Positions 34,543-34,914 of a stretch of 34,914 nt of DNA are shown here, one piece after another. The position numbers and the translations under genes were made by a program. Position 1 is the first letter of the stretch. Each line of letters starts with the position of its first letter. Source of the DNA: a virus (Duplodnaviria; Caudoviricetes); IMG/VR virus record IMGVR_UViG_3300005573_000202, positions 1 to 34,914 of that record, one strand, 5' to 3'. The notes beneath the pieces are model-generated. The model was not told where the DNA came from, searched no databases, and was given only the letters and a program-made list of their open reading frames with translations.

Positions 34543-34914
34543 CCGAGCTGCCGAAAACGGCCATCGAGCTGGCGAAGCGCTTCGAAGGGTTCCACAGAGT
34601 GCCGAGGGCTGACCCCGGCCGCGCACACCCGTACATCTGCCCAGCAGGCTACTGGACGATTGGCTACGGACATCTGTGTGACCCGACGCATCCAGCGATC
34701 ACGGAGGCAGAAGCCGAGGTCTATCTGGCGCACGACCTGCAAACGGCTCTGGCAGCAACGCTGCGCTATTGCCCGGTGCTGGCCACCGAGCCAGAGGGGC
34801 GGCTCGCTGCCATCGTGGATTTCACGTTCAACCTCGGCGCGGGGCGGCTCCAGACGTCGACGCTTCGGCGGCGGGGCAATCAGAGGGACTGGGTTGCTGC
34901 CCGGCCAGAGCTGA
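34539..34914 (+). CDS. Endolysin, GH24 lysozyme; 3'-truncated by window (absent from the ORF track)
   Basis: Manual translation: MTELPKTAIELAKRFEGF...PYICPAGYWTIGYGH...AIVDFTFNLGAGRLQTSTLRRR, with the E...C/D...T catalytic motif. Confidence 0.93.
   Translation, partial: MTELPKTAIELAKRFEGFHRVPRADPGRAHPYICPAGYWTIGYGHLCDPTHPAITEAEAEVYLAHDLQTALAATLRYCPVLATEPEGRLAAIVDFTFNLGAGRLQTSTLRRRGNQRDWVAARPEL

Larger units (their letters stand above)
1..34914 (+). mobile_element. Lambda-like temperate siphophage/prophage, partial (replication through lysis)
   Basis: Continuous colinear phage modules: primase, terminase, lambda-type portal, S49 protease, capsid, tail, tape measure, holin, lysozyme. Many ATGA/TGATG gene overlaps and no host housekeeping genes. 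Confidence 0.97.

Noticed and set aside
34660-34914. 84-aa ORF ending at the last base, and odd residues at the lysozyme end (RRRGNQRDWVAARPEL)
   Set aside because: The 84-aa ORF is an out-of-frame overlap of the lysozyme. The lysozyme frame stays open to the window edge, so no pseudogene call is justified; base errors near the end cannot be excluded.

Overview
The whole window is one GC-rich, lambda-like temperate siphophage, probably a prophage; the protein families point to a betaproteobacterial host. It is cut at both ends, so no integrase, repressor or att site is visible. Order on the + strand: replication/recombination (Cas4-like nuclease 3' end, excisionase-like HTH, P4-type primase-helicase, palindromic ori candidate, RuvC-like resolvase, late regulator), a ParDE-type toxin-antitoxin pair, a lambda-like cos site, and two ParB-fused DNA methyltransferases. 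Next come three small antisense genes, each with its own copy of a conserved upstream repeat, then terminase, two fibre-like genes, the lambda W-B-C/Nu3-D-E head module and the tail genes. An antisense GIY-YIG nuclease gene sits just before the tape measure gene; tail-tip/fibre genes and a lysis cassette end the window. The major tail gene is broken by a perfect 121-bp tandem duplication. The best candidate for an undescribed system is the accessory block between cos and terminase (paired ParB-methyltransferases plus the repeat-led cassette array); the GIY-YIG insertion is second. Family names come from motif recognition only; no searches were run.
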